A program made the translations under genes and the position numbers. Below the pieces are notes generated by a model. That model did not search any database, was not told the origin of the DNA, and saw only the letters and a program-made list of their open reading frames with translations. A stretch of 64,000 bases of DNA, from IMG/VR virus record IMGVR_UViG_3300047157_000144, one strand, 5' to 3'. Source of the stretch: an uncultured virus (IMG/VR IMGVR_UViG_3300047157_000144) (lineage: Duplodnaviria; Heunggongvirae; Uroviricota; Caudoviricetes). Below are positions 53,777 through 62,284 of this stretch, in pieces; the stretch's first letter is position 1; every line of letters starts with the position of its first letter.

Positions 53777-53811
53777 TGTCTATATATATTATTACGTGTT
53801 TTGTTAAAATG

Positions 53812-54135
53812 TTAATTTCCAAGCTTATAGAATAACCAAGCTTGTTGTGATCTTGGCTTTGTTACTACTAAACTTGTGTTCCCAATGTGAAACAATAAGT
53901 CATACTCATCGTTTACATCTGTTCTGATTACTCTTAACTCACCATCAACTATTTCTAGTTTACCTTGAGCTAATATCCCTTCTGTACTTCTCCTAGTGAA
54001 TGTATCATTAGGTTGAATTATTAAAAGTTCTTGATCTAGGTTATACCAATTGCCATATAATTCTGGCGGAATTGAATTTGATTGCGTATAGCAAAAGCTA
54101 GTTGCCATCAAAAATGTAATTATTAATTTTCTCAT
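53812..54135 (-). CDS. secreted small beta protein (lipocalin-like)
   Basis: Signal peptide, LYGNW..., beta-strand pattern. Confidence 0.5.
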   Translation of the reverse strand: MRKLIITFLMATSFCYTQSNSIPPELYGNWYNLDQELLIIQPNDTFTRRSTEGILAQGKLEIVDGELRVIRTDVNDEYDLLFHIGNTSLVVTKPRSQQAWLFYKLGN

Positions 54136-54887
54136 AAAAAATCTAAGACTTGTGATTTGTCAACGTTTTGCACCAATTTATCTATTGCGTCTCTTTTAAT
54201 TTGTGAGACTCGAACATAATTAGCGGTGCCTTCTATATTAAGTTCAGCTGCTATTTGTTTAGCAGTCATTTTATCACAGTCGAGCCCATAGCTCATACGT
54301 AGTACATCATATTCTCTTTCTAATAGATTTGTCTTCATAAGACCCAATAGATATTTATTAATTATATCTATATTGTATTTCTCTGATTTATCCTCAATCT
54401 GCATTACAGAGTTGTCTTCATCATTTTCATATTCAATATCTATACTAGAAAATATACTGTTAAAAAACATTTGCACTATCATCTTATCTCCACCGTCTGA
54501 TTTTCTAATTTCATTAAGCTTGTATTCGGGGATCCTCATGTTACCTCGATTAATATCAATCTCTCTTCTTATTGATCCTCTTATACGTTTCGACAAAAAC
54601 GATTTAAGCGTTTTCTCAGGGTGCTCAGATTCATTAACAACACTCCAATCTATTCGATCGACTGCGTAAATTAAACCTTCTGCTCCTGATTGCAATAAAT
54701 CATTTATACTTAGAACGCCGGAAGCTTGGTCTGAAGTAGAAAACGAGCGCGCTACGGACTCGACTAATTCTAAATTTTCAATTATAATGTTATCTCTCTC
54801 TGAGTATTTACCCTTTGAGGCTAAATTTAAACTGTCTTCTAAATCAAGTTTCCACCTGACATAGTTTTGGACGTTATATCTTTTCAT
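54132..54887 (-). CDS. sigma-70 family RNA polymerase sigma factor
   Basis: Region 2 (ENLELVESVAR...DLLQSG.EGLI.AVDR), MRIP, region 4 (EREYDVLRMSYGL...TAKQIA...RVSQIK..AI.KL). Confidence 0.85.
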   Translation of the reverse strand: MKRYNVQNYVRWKLDLEDSLNLASKGKYSERDNIIIENLELVESVARSFSTSDQASGVLSINDLLQSGAEGLIYAVDRIDWSVVNESEHPEKTLKSFLSKRIRGSIRREIDINRGNMRIPEYKLNEIRKSDGGDKMIVQMFFNSIFSSIDIEYENDEDNSVMQIEDKSEKYNIDIINKYLLGLMKTNLLEREYDVLRMSYGLDCDKMTAKQIAAELNIEGTANYVRVSQIKRDAIDKLVQNVDKSQVLDFL

Positions 54888-55494
54888 TTAAAAGTGTTTT
54901 TTCTCTAACTAATCCATTACTTATATTTCTATAAATAGTTCTCGTCGAGACGTTTAAAATAGTTGCTATCTTTTTTATTGTTATCTTTTGTTTGTCATCA
55001 TTAATTGTTAACATAGCTTCATATATATCTTCTGGTGTAGCTTTTTTCTGTTTACCAATTAACTTACCTATTATTTGTTGTTTTTGTTTTGTATTTAATC
55101 CTGAATTATCTCTAAAAATAACTTTTCTAGCTTTATTTTTAGGTCTGTCATTATCGAAATCTATTAATGAAACTTCATTAATCATTTTATCAATAATATC
55201 TGTAGGACAATTGAATGTTACATAGCCATTGCTTTTGTTTGCTACAAATCTTGCTAGCGTGTTAAATTGTAAGTGTGTCATTTCTTGATTCAAGTAATAC
55301 AGTACAATTAAGTGCCACTTCAAAGATTTATATGTAGTTATCTTAGCTTTGCTACGAAATAGAGCATAACATTCAAACGTTCCATGTTCATAATACCAAC
55401 CCCAATTGTATTGTTTTGTAGGTATATCATCAACTGGATCACGTCTATATAATATTCTATTGTCGTTTAAATATTTCAAATTTCTTTCAAACAT
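54874..55494 (-). CDS. DNA-binding protein with C-terminal HTH, possible replication initiator
   Basis: ITIKKIATILNVSTRTIYRN HTH. Confidence 0.6.
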   Translation of the reverse strand: MFERNLKYLNDNRILYRRDPVDDIPTKQYNWGWYYEHGTFECYALFRSKAKITTYKSLKWHLIVLYYLNQEMTHLQFNTLARFVANKSNGYVTFNCPTDIIDKMINEVSLIDFDNDRPKNKARKVIFRDNSGLNTKQKQQIIGKLIGKQKKATPEDIYEAMLTINDDKQKITIKKIATILNVSTRTIYRNISNGLVREKTLLNEKI

Positions 55495-55740
55495 TTATTT
55501 TTTCATAAAAGTGATTAGCTTTAAATATTTTTTATATCTTTCTATATTAGATGATAATAAAACTAATCTATTTACTTTGTTGTTTAATTTTATTCCTTTA
55601 AGTTTATGTAATTCCATAGACTCATTTGTAATTTCAGAATGCAAATCATATAATCTTTGACCAACAAATCTTAAATGTTTTTGTTTTCTTGAATAAAGAT
55701 CGTGTTTATTTCTTATGTTATGTATAAATTCTAAAACCAT
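55495..55740 (-). CDS. hypothetical protein
   Basis: 81-aa ORF abutting the next gene. Confidence 0.5.
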   Translation of the reverse strand: MVLEFIHNIRNKHDLYSRKQKHLRFVGQRLYDLHSEITNESMELHKLKGIKLNNKVNRLVLLSSNIERYKKYLKLITFMKK

Positions 55741-55903
55741 AAATTATTTATTATAATACAGAGAGCAATAAACGATATAGCTATAATCCAAAGGGGTACA
55801 CCAATATAAATTAAAACTCTATTTAACTTTCTTTTTTGCATATCGTTTATTCGGTTTGCTACTCTGCTGTTGTTTTTTTATTTTATCTCTAATTCCAAAT
55901 ATA

Positions 55904-56398
55904 TTATATGAAACTAGGTGCTTGTAAATGCGGTTGCTCATCTTTTATTGTTACTTGTTTTTTATCGTTAATATAATAATTCCAGTATGCTTTAGATGAA
56001 TGATTTTCAACTTTATATTCATCAGGCATACATTGAGGTGGTTGTGTGAAAGGTGTATTATCAATATATAAAGGCGGTGTGTATAGCACGTCTCTACACT
56101 TTTCAATAGTAAGATGCGTTCTACCGTATCTGTTAGTATACTCATCACCCAGCGCCATCATGTACTGATATGTCCAATTGTAATTGTCTAAGCCTGAACG
56201 CACCCATATTGTTGACGGGTGGTTTACATGCGCTTTCTTATAAGGAACATAACTAGTATCATACTCATAATCTTCTCCGATCACATGATGTGCAGTACAA
56301 AGCATTTGGGCAGCTTCCAACGGCATTTTAACAACATGTCTGTTGTAATGATATTCAGCAGCTTTTACTGGGTCTGGGTGTAAGTAAAATATATTCAT
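55904..56398 (-). CDS. pyrimidine-dimer DNA glycosylase (DenV/endonuclease V-like family)
   Basis: MNIFYLH.DP..AA..H...HVVKM.LE.AQMLCTAH...H.NHPSTIWVR...EYT.RYGR.H...PQCMPDEYK. Confidence 0.7.
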   Translation of the reverse strand: MNIFYLHPDPVKAAEYHYNRHVVKMPLEAAQMLCTAHHVIGEDYEYDTSYVPYKKAHVNHPSTIWVRSGLDNYNWTYQYMMALGDEYTNRYGRTHLTIEKCRDVLYTPPLYIDNTPFTQPPQCMPDEYKVENHSSKAYWNYYINDKKQVTIKDEQPHLQAPSFI

Positions 56399-56555
56399 TA
56401 GTGGTTTATTATTTTAAATTCTTTATCATTTGATAACATCCATGTTTTATCTGAATGACTATCAACATGATTCATAACTTCTGTTTGGCTTGATACATTA
56501 TGTATATGTATATGACCAGTTGTAAAATTTAGTATTGTTAATTTCATAGGTTATT

Positions 56556-56586
56556 ATTATCTAAGGTTATTCGTATTTGGTACGTA
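56556..56586 (-). promoter_or_regulatory. 31-bp phage motif copy
   Basis: TACGT ACCAAA TACGA ATAACCTTA GATAAT. Confidence 0.75.
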
Positions 56587-56587
56587 C

Positions 56588-56827
56588 TTAATCTGATACT
56601 GTTAATTTACATTGACCATTGCAATTATCCATTTGGTCATATAAAGCTTTGCATTCATCTTCAAGCATTTGAATATGTTCCTCCATTGCTTTGATTCTTT
56701 GCTCTTGATATGTCATGAGTGATTCCATACTGTAGTAATTATTAGGGTTAGTATTATTGTTTTGATTATGTAAATTATATATAATAAGATCTCCATCTGT
56801 TGTTATATTAAATTTCGGGATATTCAA
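56588..56827 (-). CDS. hypothetical protein
   Basis: 79-aa ORF with coiled-coil C-terminus. Confidence 0.45.
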   Translation of the reverse strand: MNIPKFNITTDGDLIIYNLHNQNNNTNPNNYYSMESLMTYQEQRIKAMEEHIQMLEDECKALYDQMDNCNGQCKLTVSD

Positions 56828-56993
56828 TTTTTTGTATTTTTAGTTTACCTTTATTATTTTTTTCACTGTAATATATAGCTGTAATTTGATCGCCATACTT
56901 TTTAAGCAATTTGATTTGCTCATCAGTAAATTCAAAGTTTAAGTTGAATGAACTTACACCTTGCCTTCCATTTGTATTTAAAAACATCATCAT
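56808..56993 (-). CDS. hypothetical protein
   Basis: 61-aa ORF after the tRNA. Confidence 0.45.
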   Translation of the reverse strand: MMMFLNTNGRQGVSSFNLNFEFTDEQIKLLKKYGDQITAIYYSEKNNKGKLKIQKIEYPEI

Positions 56994-57007
56994 AATTTAT
57001 AATTTAG

Positions 57008-57079
<72 letters not shown>

Positions 57080-57083
57080 AAGT

Positions 57084-57172
57084 TTAAGGAACAGAACCCC
57101 ATCAGTATCTGAAGCACGCTGGAAGCTTGGGAGCCGCAACCTAAGGATTGCCTATTGGATCTTACACCCTAA
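57084..57172 (-). ncRNA. candidate structured RNA 2
   Basis: GC-rich non-coding stretch; TTAGGG/CCTTAA closing stem, GCAATC-CTTA-GGTTGC and TCAG-ATA-CTGA hairpins, CCCA/TGGG. Confidence 0.4.
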
Positions 57173-57180
57173 TATTATTA

Positions 57181-57257
57181 GAGCAGGATGTGGGTGATTC
57201 TGGCATTACCTTTTTATTGCACCGTTTTGTAATCAAACCGCCAGACAAATCCCGCTC
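57181..57257 (-). ncRNA. candidate structured RNA 1 (rod with internal loops)
   Basis: GAGCGGGAT/ATCCTGCTC, TCTGGC/GCCAGA and ATTAC/GTAAT nested stems. Confidence 0.5.
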
Positions 57258-57272
57258 ATCTAAAATAAATAA

Positions 57273-57491
57273 CTAACCTAAAATAAAGTTATTTTTAATA
57301 TGTTTGTTAAAGAATTTACCGATCGAATAACTGTTTCTCATTTTTTGAAACAATCTAACTGGTATATCTTTGTATAAATAATTTGTATCGTTTTGAAATT
57401 TAACTAATAAATTTCTTTGTTCTTTGTAGTATCTCATAGATTGTATTGCTGTTGAGTCTACTGTTATAAAATCGTATTTAATTTTTCTCAT
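57273..57491 (-). CDS. KTSC domain protein
   Basis: VDSTAIQSMRY....LLVKFQ....YLY.DIP..LF..M..S.SIGKFFN.HIK. Confidence 0.85.
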   Translation of the reverse strand: MRKIKYDFITVDSTAIQSMRYYKEQRNLLVKFQNDTNYLYKDIPVRLFQKMRNSYSIGKFFNKHIKNNFILG

Positions 57492-57508
57492 GTTGTTTTG
57501 TTTATTAT

Positions 57509-57539
57509 ATTATCTATTTGTTATCGTATTTGTTACGTA
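57509..57539 (-). promoter_or_regulatory. 31-bp phage motif copy
   Basis: TACGT AACAAA TACGA TAACAAATA GATAAT. Confidence 0.75.
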
Positions 57540-57769
57540 CCTTTGGTTATATCTTTTCTAAAATTATCATTATTCCACATATAATCACCAAATTCCTCAC
57601 GCTTTTGTAAAATCCAATCTTCTTGGTTTTTAAATTTATCTATTATTTCTATAGCTTCAATTAATGAGTCTACTGTATGAGCTTCACTACCCCATATATT
57701 TATATGTCTTGCAACATATTTATCTTTATGTACTGGGTGTTTTTTTACACTCCAGTTTTCGCCTTCCAT
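57533..57769 (-). CDS. hypothetical early protein
   Basis: 78 aa; stop codon lies inside the motif. Confidence 0.55.
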   Translation of the reverse strand: MEGENWSVKKHPVHKDKYVARHINIWGSEAHTVDSLIEAIEIIDKFKNQEDWILQKREEFGDYMWNNDNFRKDITKGT

Positions 57770-57779
57770 ATTTCAGGAT

Positions 57780-58160
57780 TTACTTTTTCCATAGCTCTTG
57801 TAGTTTTTCGTTAGTTAATTTATATATAGCTTGTATATTATCGTCAGTATGTATAGCATGGTCAAGTGCCCAGACTCCTGCTTGTTTCCAAGAGTCAGGT
57901 CTTGTACCAAATTCCATATCTATTTCAAATATATCATAGTCAAGGTTGTCAACAATTTCTTTGCACTTGTTATTGCCCATTGTATAATTGTCAACCCAGT
58001 ATTCAATTAATTGCATGACGTAATCTTCCTCAACTACAAATTCATTTACAACTTCACCCGCTACACCTTCCTCATATTCAAGTACCATTTCATCTGATAC
58101 ATCTTCAATTAAATGATCGGAGTACTCTTTTGTCCAGTATCTGTATTTAGCTTCATCCAT
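57780..58160 (-). CDS. acidic hypothetical early protein
   Basis: 126 aa, D/E rich. Confidence 0.6.
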   Translation of the reverse strand: MDEAKYRYWTKEYSDHLIEDVSDEMVLEYEEGVAGEVVNEFVVEEDYVMQLIEYWVDNYTMGNNKCKEIVDNLDYDIFEIDMEFGTRPDSWKQAGVWALDHAIHTDDNIQAIYKLTNEKLQELWKK

Positions 58161-58392
58161 CGTATCTATTATAATCTACAAGATTTTTTAAAATCTCTAC
58201 GTTAGACATTTCTTTAGCTGGTACAACTTCAGTATCTTCAGTTTCAATTGAATGTAAATAAGCAGTTTCATACTTATCTGGATTATCTACAAATAATGAA
58301 ATTACATCTAATGTATCTTCCTCATCAAGAGTACTAAAACCAAATTCAGATTTTAGTTCATTTGCCATATGGTCTAATATACCTTCAAGCAA
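58153..58392 (-). CDS. acidic hypothetical early protein (start uncertain)
   Basis: 79 aa, D/E rich. Confidence 0.5.
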   Translation of the reverse strand: MLEGILDHMANELKSEFGFSTLDEEDTLDVISLFVDNPDKYETAYLHSIETEDTEVVPAKEMSNVEILKNLVDYNRYDG

Positions 58393-58426
58393 TTTGTTAT
58401 CGTATTGTTGTGAATATTTGTCATAA

Positions 58427-58609
58427 TTATATTTTTTCTTTTAATTGTTGTCTAATCATTTCATATACAGTTTCAGTATATTCAATTTGTTTTTCTTCTG
58501 TAAGGTCTAAACCTTTTGATTCTCTATAAAAATCTATTGTATCTAAGATTTCCATTTCAATCATATCTATAAGACTACTGACGCAATCTTCAAAATCTAT
58601 TTGTTTCAT
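58427..58609 (-). CDS. acidic hypothetical early protein
   Basis: 60 aa; first gene after a motif copy. Confidence 0.55.
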   Translation of the reverse strand: MKQIDFEDCVSSLIDMIEMEILDTIDFYRESKGLDLTEEKQIEYTETVYEMIRQQLKEKI

Positions 58610-58639
58610 ATTTATTTATTTTAGTTATTAATTTATTAT

Positions 58640-58670
58640 ATTATCGGTCTACTGTCGTATTTGTTACGTA
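58640..58670 (-). promoter_or_regulatory. 31-bp phage motif copy
   Basis: TACGT AACAAA TACGA CAGTAGACC GATAAT. Confidence 0.75.
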
Positions 58671-58882
58671 TTATCTTTATAGTATCCTAATTGATATTTG
58701 CATAAAATCTCATCACCAATTCTTTGGATATGTTTTTCAATACTGTCATCAATTATAGAATGTATAGCACTTTGTACTGAGCCTGTATAGTCTCTGTATT
58801 CATCAACTGTATATTCAGCCATGAGTTGACCGATCGTTTCAATCAACTCATTTTTTTCTATTTGTATTAATTCTTTATCCAT
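58664..58882 (-). CDS. hypothetical early protein
   Basis: 72 aa; stop codon inside the motif. Confidence 0.55.
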   Translation of the reverse strand: MDKELIQIEKNELIETIGQLMAEYTVDEYRDYTGSVQSAIHSIIDDSIEKHIQRIGDEILCKYQLGYYKDNT

Positions 58883-58884
58883 GT

Positions 58885-59364
58885 TTATACAGTATGTAAT
58901 TTTTCAAAAGATGATAGCTTGTGATACCCAAAGGTCATAAAGTACTCATCTTCAAATATCATTTGCTCACCTTCATAATTAGGATGGTATATTAAATCCT
59001 GTTTACCTGTTGGATAAAATGTTGATGATGTCCACTCTTTAATGTTGTAACCAATACATTCTTGTTCGAGTTCCATACATAGTATAGTCAATTTATCTTC
59101 AAGTATTTTTCGATCGGATAAAGGCATATGTTCAACCTCAATTCCATCTTCATCTTTAAAGGTTTCAATATTACCATAAAAGCTAAATGCAATATAAAAT
59201 GATTTTTCGATTTCATCATTGTATGTACCATCAAATTCAAACATAGCTTTAACTATGTTACCACTTCCGCCATCAAATCTGTTTTTAATTTTTTCTCTGA
59301 CGTGGTTTAAATCATGGTAAGCATATCTATATCCAGAAGTTTTAGAGTGTCTGAGCTTTCCCAT
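58885..59364 (-). CDS. hypothetical early protein
   Basis: 159-aa ORF. Confidence 0.55.
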   Translation of the reverse strand: MGKLRHSKTSGYRYAYHDLNHVREKIKNRFDGGSGNIVKAMFEFDGTYNDEIEKSFYIAFSFYGNIETFKDEDGIEVEHMPLSDRKILEDKLTILCMELEQECIGYNIKEWTSSTFYPTGKQDLIYHPNYEGEQMIFEDEYFMTFGYHKLSSFEKLHTV

Positions 59365-59594
59365 GTTTCTTTTTGAACCAACATTTAATTCGACGGTCCA
59401 ATGTCTACTTGTTTCTTTTTTTTTGTCATTAGTTATTTATTTTAGTTATGATTAACATTGTAGTAAAAGATTTCAGAAAAGAATTCAATTAATTCATTTT
59501 TAGTTTTGAATTCATATGAGTTAGAATTATTACTTGTTTACTTTTCTTTTATTAAATTGTATTTTGTATATTTCATTGTTATTTATTTTATATT

Positions 59595-59625
59595 ATTATC
59601 CTATTGTCATCGTATTTAATACGTA
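59595..59625 (-). promoter_or_regulatory. 31-bp phage motif copy
   Basis: TACGT ATTAAA TACGA TGACAATAG GATAAT. Confidence 0.75.
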
Positions 59626-60118
59626 CTCCACATAAATTCATTTAAGTCATTAACTGTTAAATCATGAGGGTGTTGTTTACCATTCAATAGTAAATCATCC
59701 ATTACTATCCATTGGTCTACTCCGTGACGTGTACAAACGTCTATAAATTCTATTTTTGTCATTATATTTCGTTTAAGTCTTTTTTAGTTATATAGTCTTC
59801 CACTTGTTCCATGAGTTGTATAGCATGGTTTTTACTGTTGGTCATATCCATTAATCTGGACATTATTGAGCTCATAGGATTTAATTCATAAAGCCTATAA
59901 AAGTATTCTAGTTGTTGTTTTGTTAGTTGTTTCATTTTAATCTAGGTTTAACATTGAGTCTAAGGTTCTTATTATTTCATTTCTTAAATAGCTTCTTTGG
60001 TTTTCATTTAAGCATTTAAAAGTATCTGTATCTATATTAGAACAAGCAATTGAGTCAACTACTTTTTCTAGTTTGTCTATTTGTTTAAAGTTTATATACA
60101 TAGTTATTTATTTATTAT

Positions 60119-60149
60119 ATTATCTTAAGTTAATCGTTTTTGTTACGTA
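60119..60149 (-). promoter_or_regulatory. 31-bp phage motif copy
   Basis: TACGT AACAAA AACGA TTAACTTAA GATAAT. Confidence 0.7.
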
Positions 60150-60370
60150 CTCAATTTTGACCATTCATCAAAGTAGTCTCCAAAGTCATTTTCTGAAAAA
60201 TCATAATACTCCATTGACCATCTTTTTAACTGGTCATAAGTTCCCTCAAATGTAATACAGTCCGTATTTTTTAAAGAATAAAAGTTAATCATTTTCAAAC
60301 CAAAATTGCTAAATGTTTCAAATATTATCATTGGTTCAACTACATCAAATTGTAATTCATATAATTTCAT
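60143..60370 (-). CDS. hypothetical early protein
   Basis: 75 aa; stop codon inside the motif. Confidence 0.55.
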   Translation of the reverse strand: MKLYELQFDVVEPMIIFETFSNFGLKMINFYSLKNTDCITFEGTYDQLKRWSMEYYDFSENDFGDYFDEWSKLST

Positions 60371-60461
60371 AATTAGTTATTTTAAAAGGTTATTATTTAT
60401 TTGTTAGTAAAAAATAGTCTGTAGGTATTACTCAAGGTCTCAAGTTGTGTTTACACAAAAA

Positions 60462-60509
60462 TGTGACGTTAGGTATTATAATATTAATAAGTAAGTTTCT
60501 ATTGTCATA
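60462..60509. repeat. palindromic site A (TGTGACGTTAG-N26-CTATTGTCATA)
   Basis: Imperfect inverted arms around an AT-rich spacer; second copy at 63139-63185. Confidence 0.6.
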
Positions 60510-60523
60510 CTTTTTACATATAT

Positions 60524-60620
60524 ATTATCCTATATCAATTCGTATTTTCCGTTCTTTTTATATTCCGAGCGAAGCGAGGGGCTAATCTTATATTATCGGA
60601 TAAGTCTCGTAACCTCCGTT
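60524..60620 (-). promoter_or_regulatory. two variant motif copies (AACGG-N4-TACGA-N9/10-GATAAT)
   Basis: Copies at 60524-60553 and 60592-60620. Confidence 0.55.
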
Positions 60621-60735
60621 TTGCTATACATGCTATACATAATTAGGCCCATTCACCCGTGACTACATATCTCATTGAGATACTGTTTCTGGGTTACTAA
60701 GGGTTATCCTAATTAATGAACTTAAAAACTAACTA

Positions 60736-61308
60736 TTATTTATTTACTGGTCCACCACCGCGAACCTGCTTAACATATTTAGCTCTTGACCATCTGTATT
60801 TCTCAGGGACATCAATTCCACATCCCTCAAGATATTGCCAGTTAAGTACAAAGCCATCAGTTTTTGTATTTGTTTCTTCAGTGAATATTTTAATATATTC
60901 TTTTTGGTATTCTAAGGATTTTCTAAGCATATCTAATATACTAGATTTGTAACCTATTATATCGTAGTTGGATTTATTAAATCCTATTAGTACACCCTTC
61001 TTTTGATCTTTAAGCCATCTAGTTCTTGACTTAACTTCTTCAAGTACAATATCTCTATTAGTATGCCATTCATAATCTGGATCCCATGTTGAGTCTTTAT
61101 CTATTGTATTCCATATATCTTCGATACTTTTACCATCATAGTTTGTGACTTGTAAATCACCTCCGTATGAATCATCCCAACAGTTACATATCTTTTTATT
61201 ATCAAAGTATACATCCCATTCTTGTGATGGTCCATCGTGTCCACGCATTGTTTTAATGTTTTTTGCAGTAGCGCGGTTGTAAAATTCTTTTAATGTTATT
61301 TTATTCAT
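60736..61308 (-). CDS. hypothetical early protein
   Basis: 190-aa ORF after a motif copy. Confidence 0.6.
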   Translation of the reverse strand: MNKITLKEFYNRATAKNIKTMRGHDGPSQEWDVYFDNKKICNCWDDSYGGDLQVTNYDGKSIEDIWNTIDKDSTWDPDYEWHTNRDIVLEEVKSRTRWLKDQKKGVLIGFNKSNYDIIGYKSSILDMLRKSLEYQKEYIKIFTEETNTKTDGFVLNWQYLEGCGIDVPEKYRWSRAKYVKQVRGGGPVNK

Positions 61309-61344
61309 AGTTATTGTTTTTAGTTATTATTATTAATCGTATTT

Positions 61345-61375
61345 ATTATCGTTAGTTAATCGTATTCGTGACGTA
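61345..61375 (-). promoter_or_regulatory. 31-bp phage motif copy with 5' TGCTA extension
   Basis: TGCTA TACGT CACGAA TACGA TTAACTAAC GATAAT. Confidence 0.75.
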
Positions 61376-61381
61376 TAGCAT

Positions 61382-61636
61382 TTACATCTCATGAGTTATA
61401 TCGATCGGGTCGTATGTTCTTTGTACCGTTTCGTAATCATACACATTATGTACATATGTATCTGCTTGATTATCCATTTGCCTAGCAAAGGTTAGAGCTT
61501 TCTTTTTAGTGTCAAACTCGTAGTGTTCTTCTGTATAGTTTCCTTCGGGCCAGCCAACATTACATCTGACTTCGACCCAGTAATTAAATTCTGATTTCAT
61601 ATTATTTATTTTGATCATTGTTAGCATTGTGTTCAT
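61382..61636 (-). CDS. hypothetical early protein
   Basis: 84-aa ORF (start may be downstream). Confidence 0.5.
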   Translation of the reverse strand: MNTMLTMIKINNMKSEFNYWVEVRCNVGWPEGNYTEEHYEFDTKKKALTFARQMDNQADTYVHNVYDYETVQRTYDPIDITHEM

Positions 61637-61765
61637 ACACTTCAGTCAACTGACATATTGCAATCATTATTTCTTGCATTTCAATTATAGTCGTTGCTAA
61701 ATCGTCTTTATCCCAAGACATTAAATTATCGTAATCATACCATTTGTGGTTTTTCATTTCCATAG

Positions 61766-61963
61766 TTATTTTATTTTATTAGTTAGTAATTCTTTTGGCA
61801 TTAAGTTATTTGCTTCTAAAGCAATCGCTGTATTTAACATATCTTTTTCGATTTGTTCATTTTCTTTTTTATAAAGATTATGTACTTCCAGTACTGATTT
61901 TCCTGGATTGTTTTTCATTATTGTATAGAATCTATTAAATTCTTTTTTAGGTATATGTTTCAT
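61766..61963 (-). CDS. hypothetical early protein
   Basis: MKHIPKKEFNRF...; start chosen downstream of the motif. Confidence 0.5.
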   Translation of the reverse strand: MKHIPKKEFNRFYTIMKNNPGKSVLEVHNLYKKENEQIEKDMLNTAIALEANNLMPKELLTNKIK

Positions 61964-61984
61964 AGTTATTGTTTTTACATTTAT

Positions 61985-62015
61985 ATTATCATTATTCAAT
62001 CGTAGCTAAGACGTA
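61985..62015 (-). promoter_or_regulatory. 31-bp phage motif copy with 5' TGCTA extension
   Basis: TGCTA TACGT CTTAGC TACGA TTGAATAAT GATAAT. Confidence 0.75.
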
Positions 62016-62066
62016 TAGCAAAATTATGAACGCCACTCCTGGGAGCAGAAAGATCAGAGCTTCCAT
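61992..62066 (-). CDS. 24-aa single-TM micropeptide
   Basis: MEALIFLLPGVAFIILLYVLATIE; TAATG-coupled to the upstream ORF. Confidence 0.45.
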   Translation of the reverse strand: MEALIFLLPGVAFIILLYVLATIE

Positions 62067-62263
62067 TATACGTCAGCTTTTAAACCTTCCCACTTGCTGT
62101 GTGAGTAGTACTTGTTATTATTGTGATATGTCCACAGTGCGCTTCTGCTATAGCTTGGTTTAGTACTGGATTTCATTCTGTCCGTAGTTCCGAACGTGAT
62201 CCTCTTGTTAGTCCACGTATTCTGTAGTTTTACTTTCTTGCGTAATTTTTCTAGTTTAGTCAT
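62066..62263 (-). CDS. basic hypothetical early protein
   Basis: MTKLEKLRKKVKL...; start placed downstream of the tRNA-like element. Confidence 0.5.
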   Translation of the reverse strand: MTKLEKLRKKVKLQNTWTNKRITFGTTDRMKSSTKPSYSRSALWTYHNNNKYYSHSKWEGLKADV

Positions 62264-62284
62264 AATAATTGTTTTTAAGATTAG

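Noticed and set aside
57084..57257. tRNA-associated HDV-like (theta) or hammerhead ribozyme
   Set aside because: The elements lie 5' of the tRNA rather than in the trailer, and I could not find the CUGAnGA/GAAA core or the nested double pseudoknot. They are kept only as unassigned structured RNAs.
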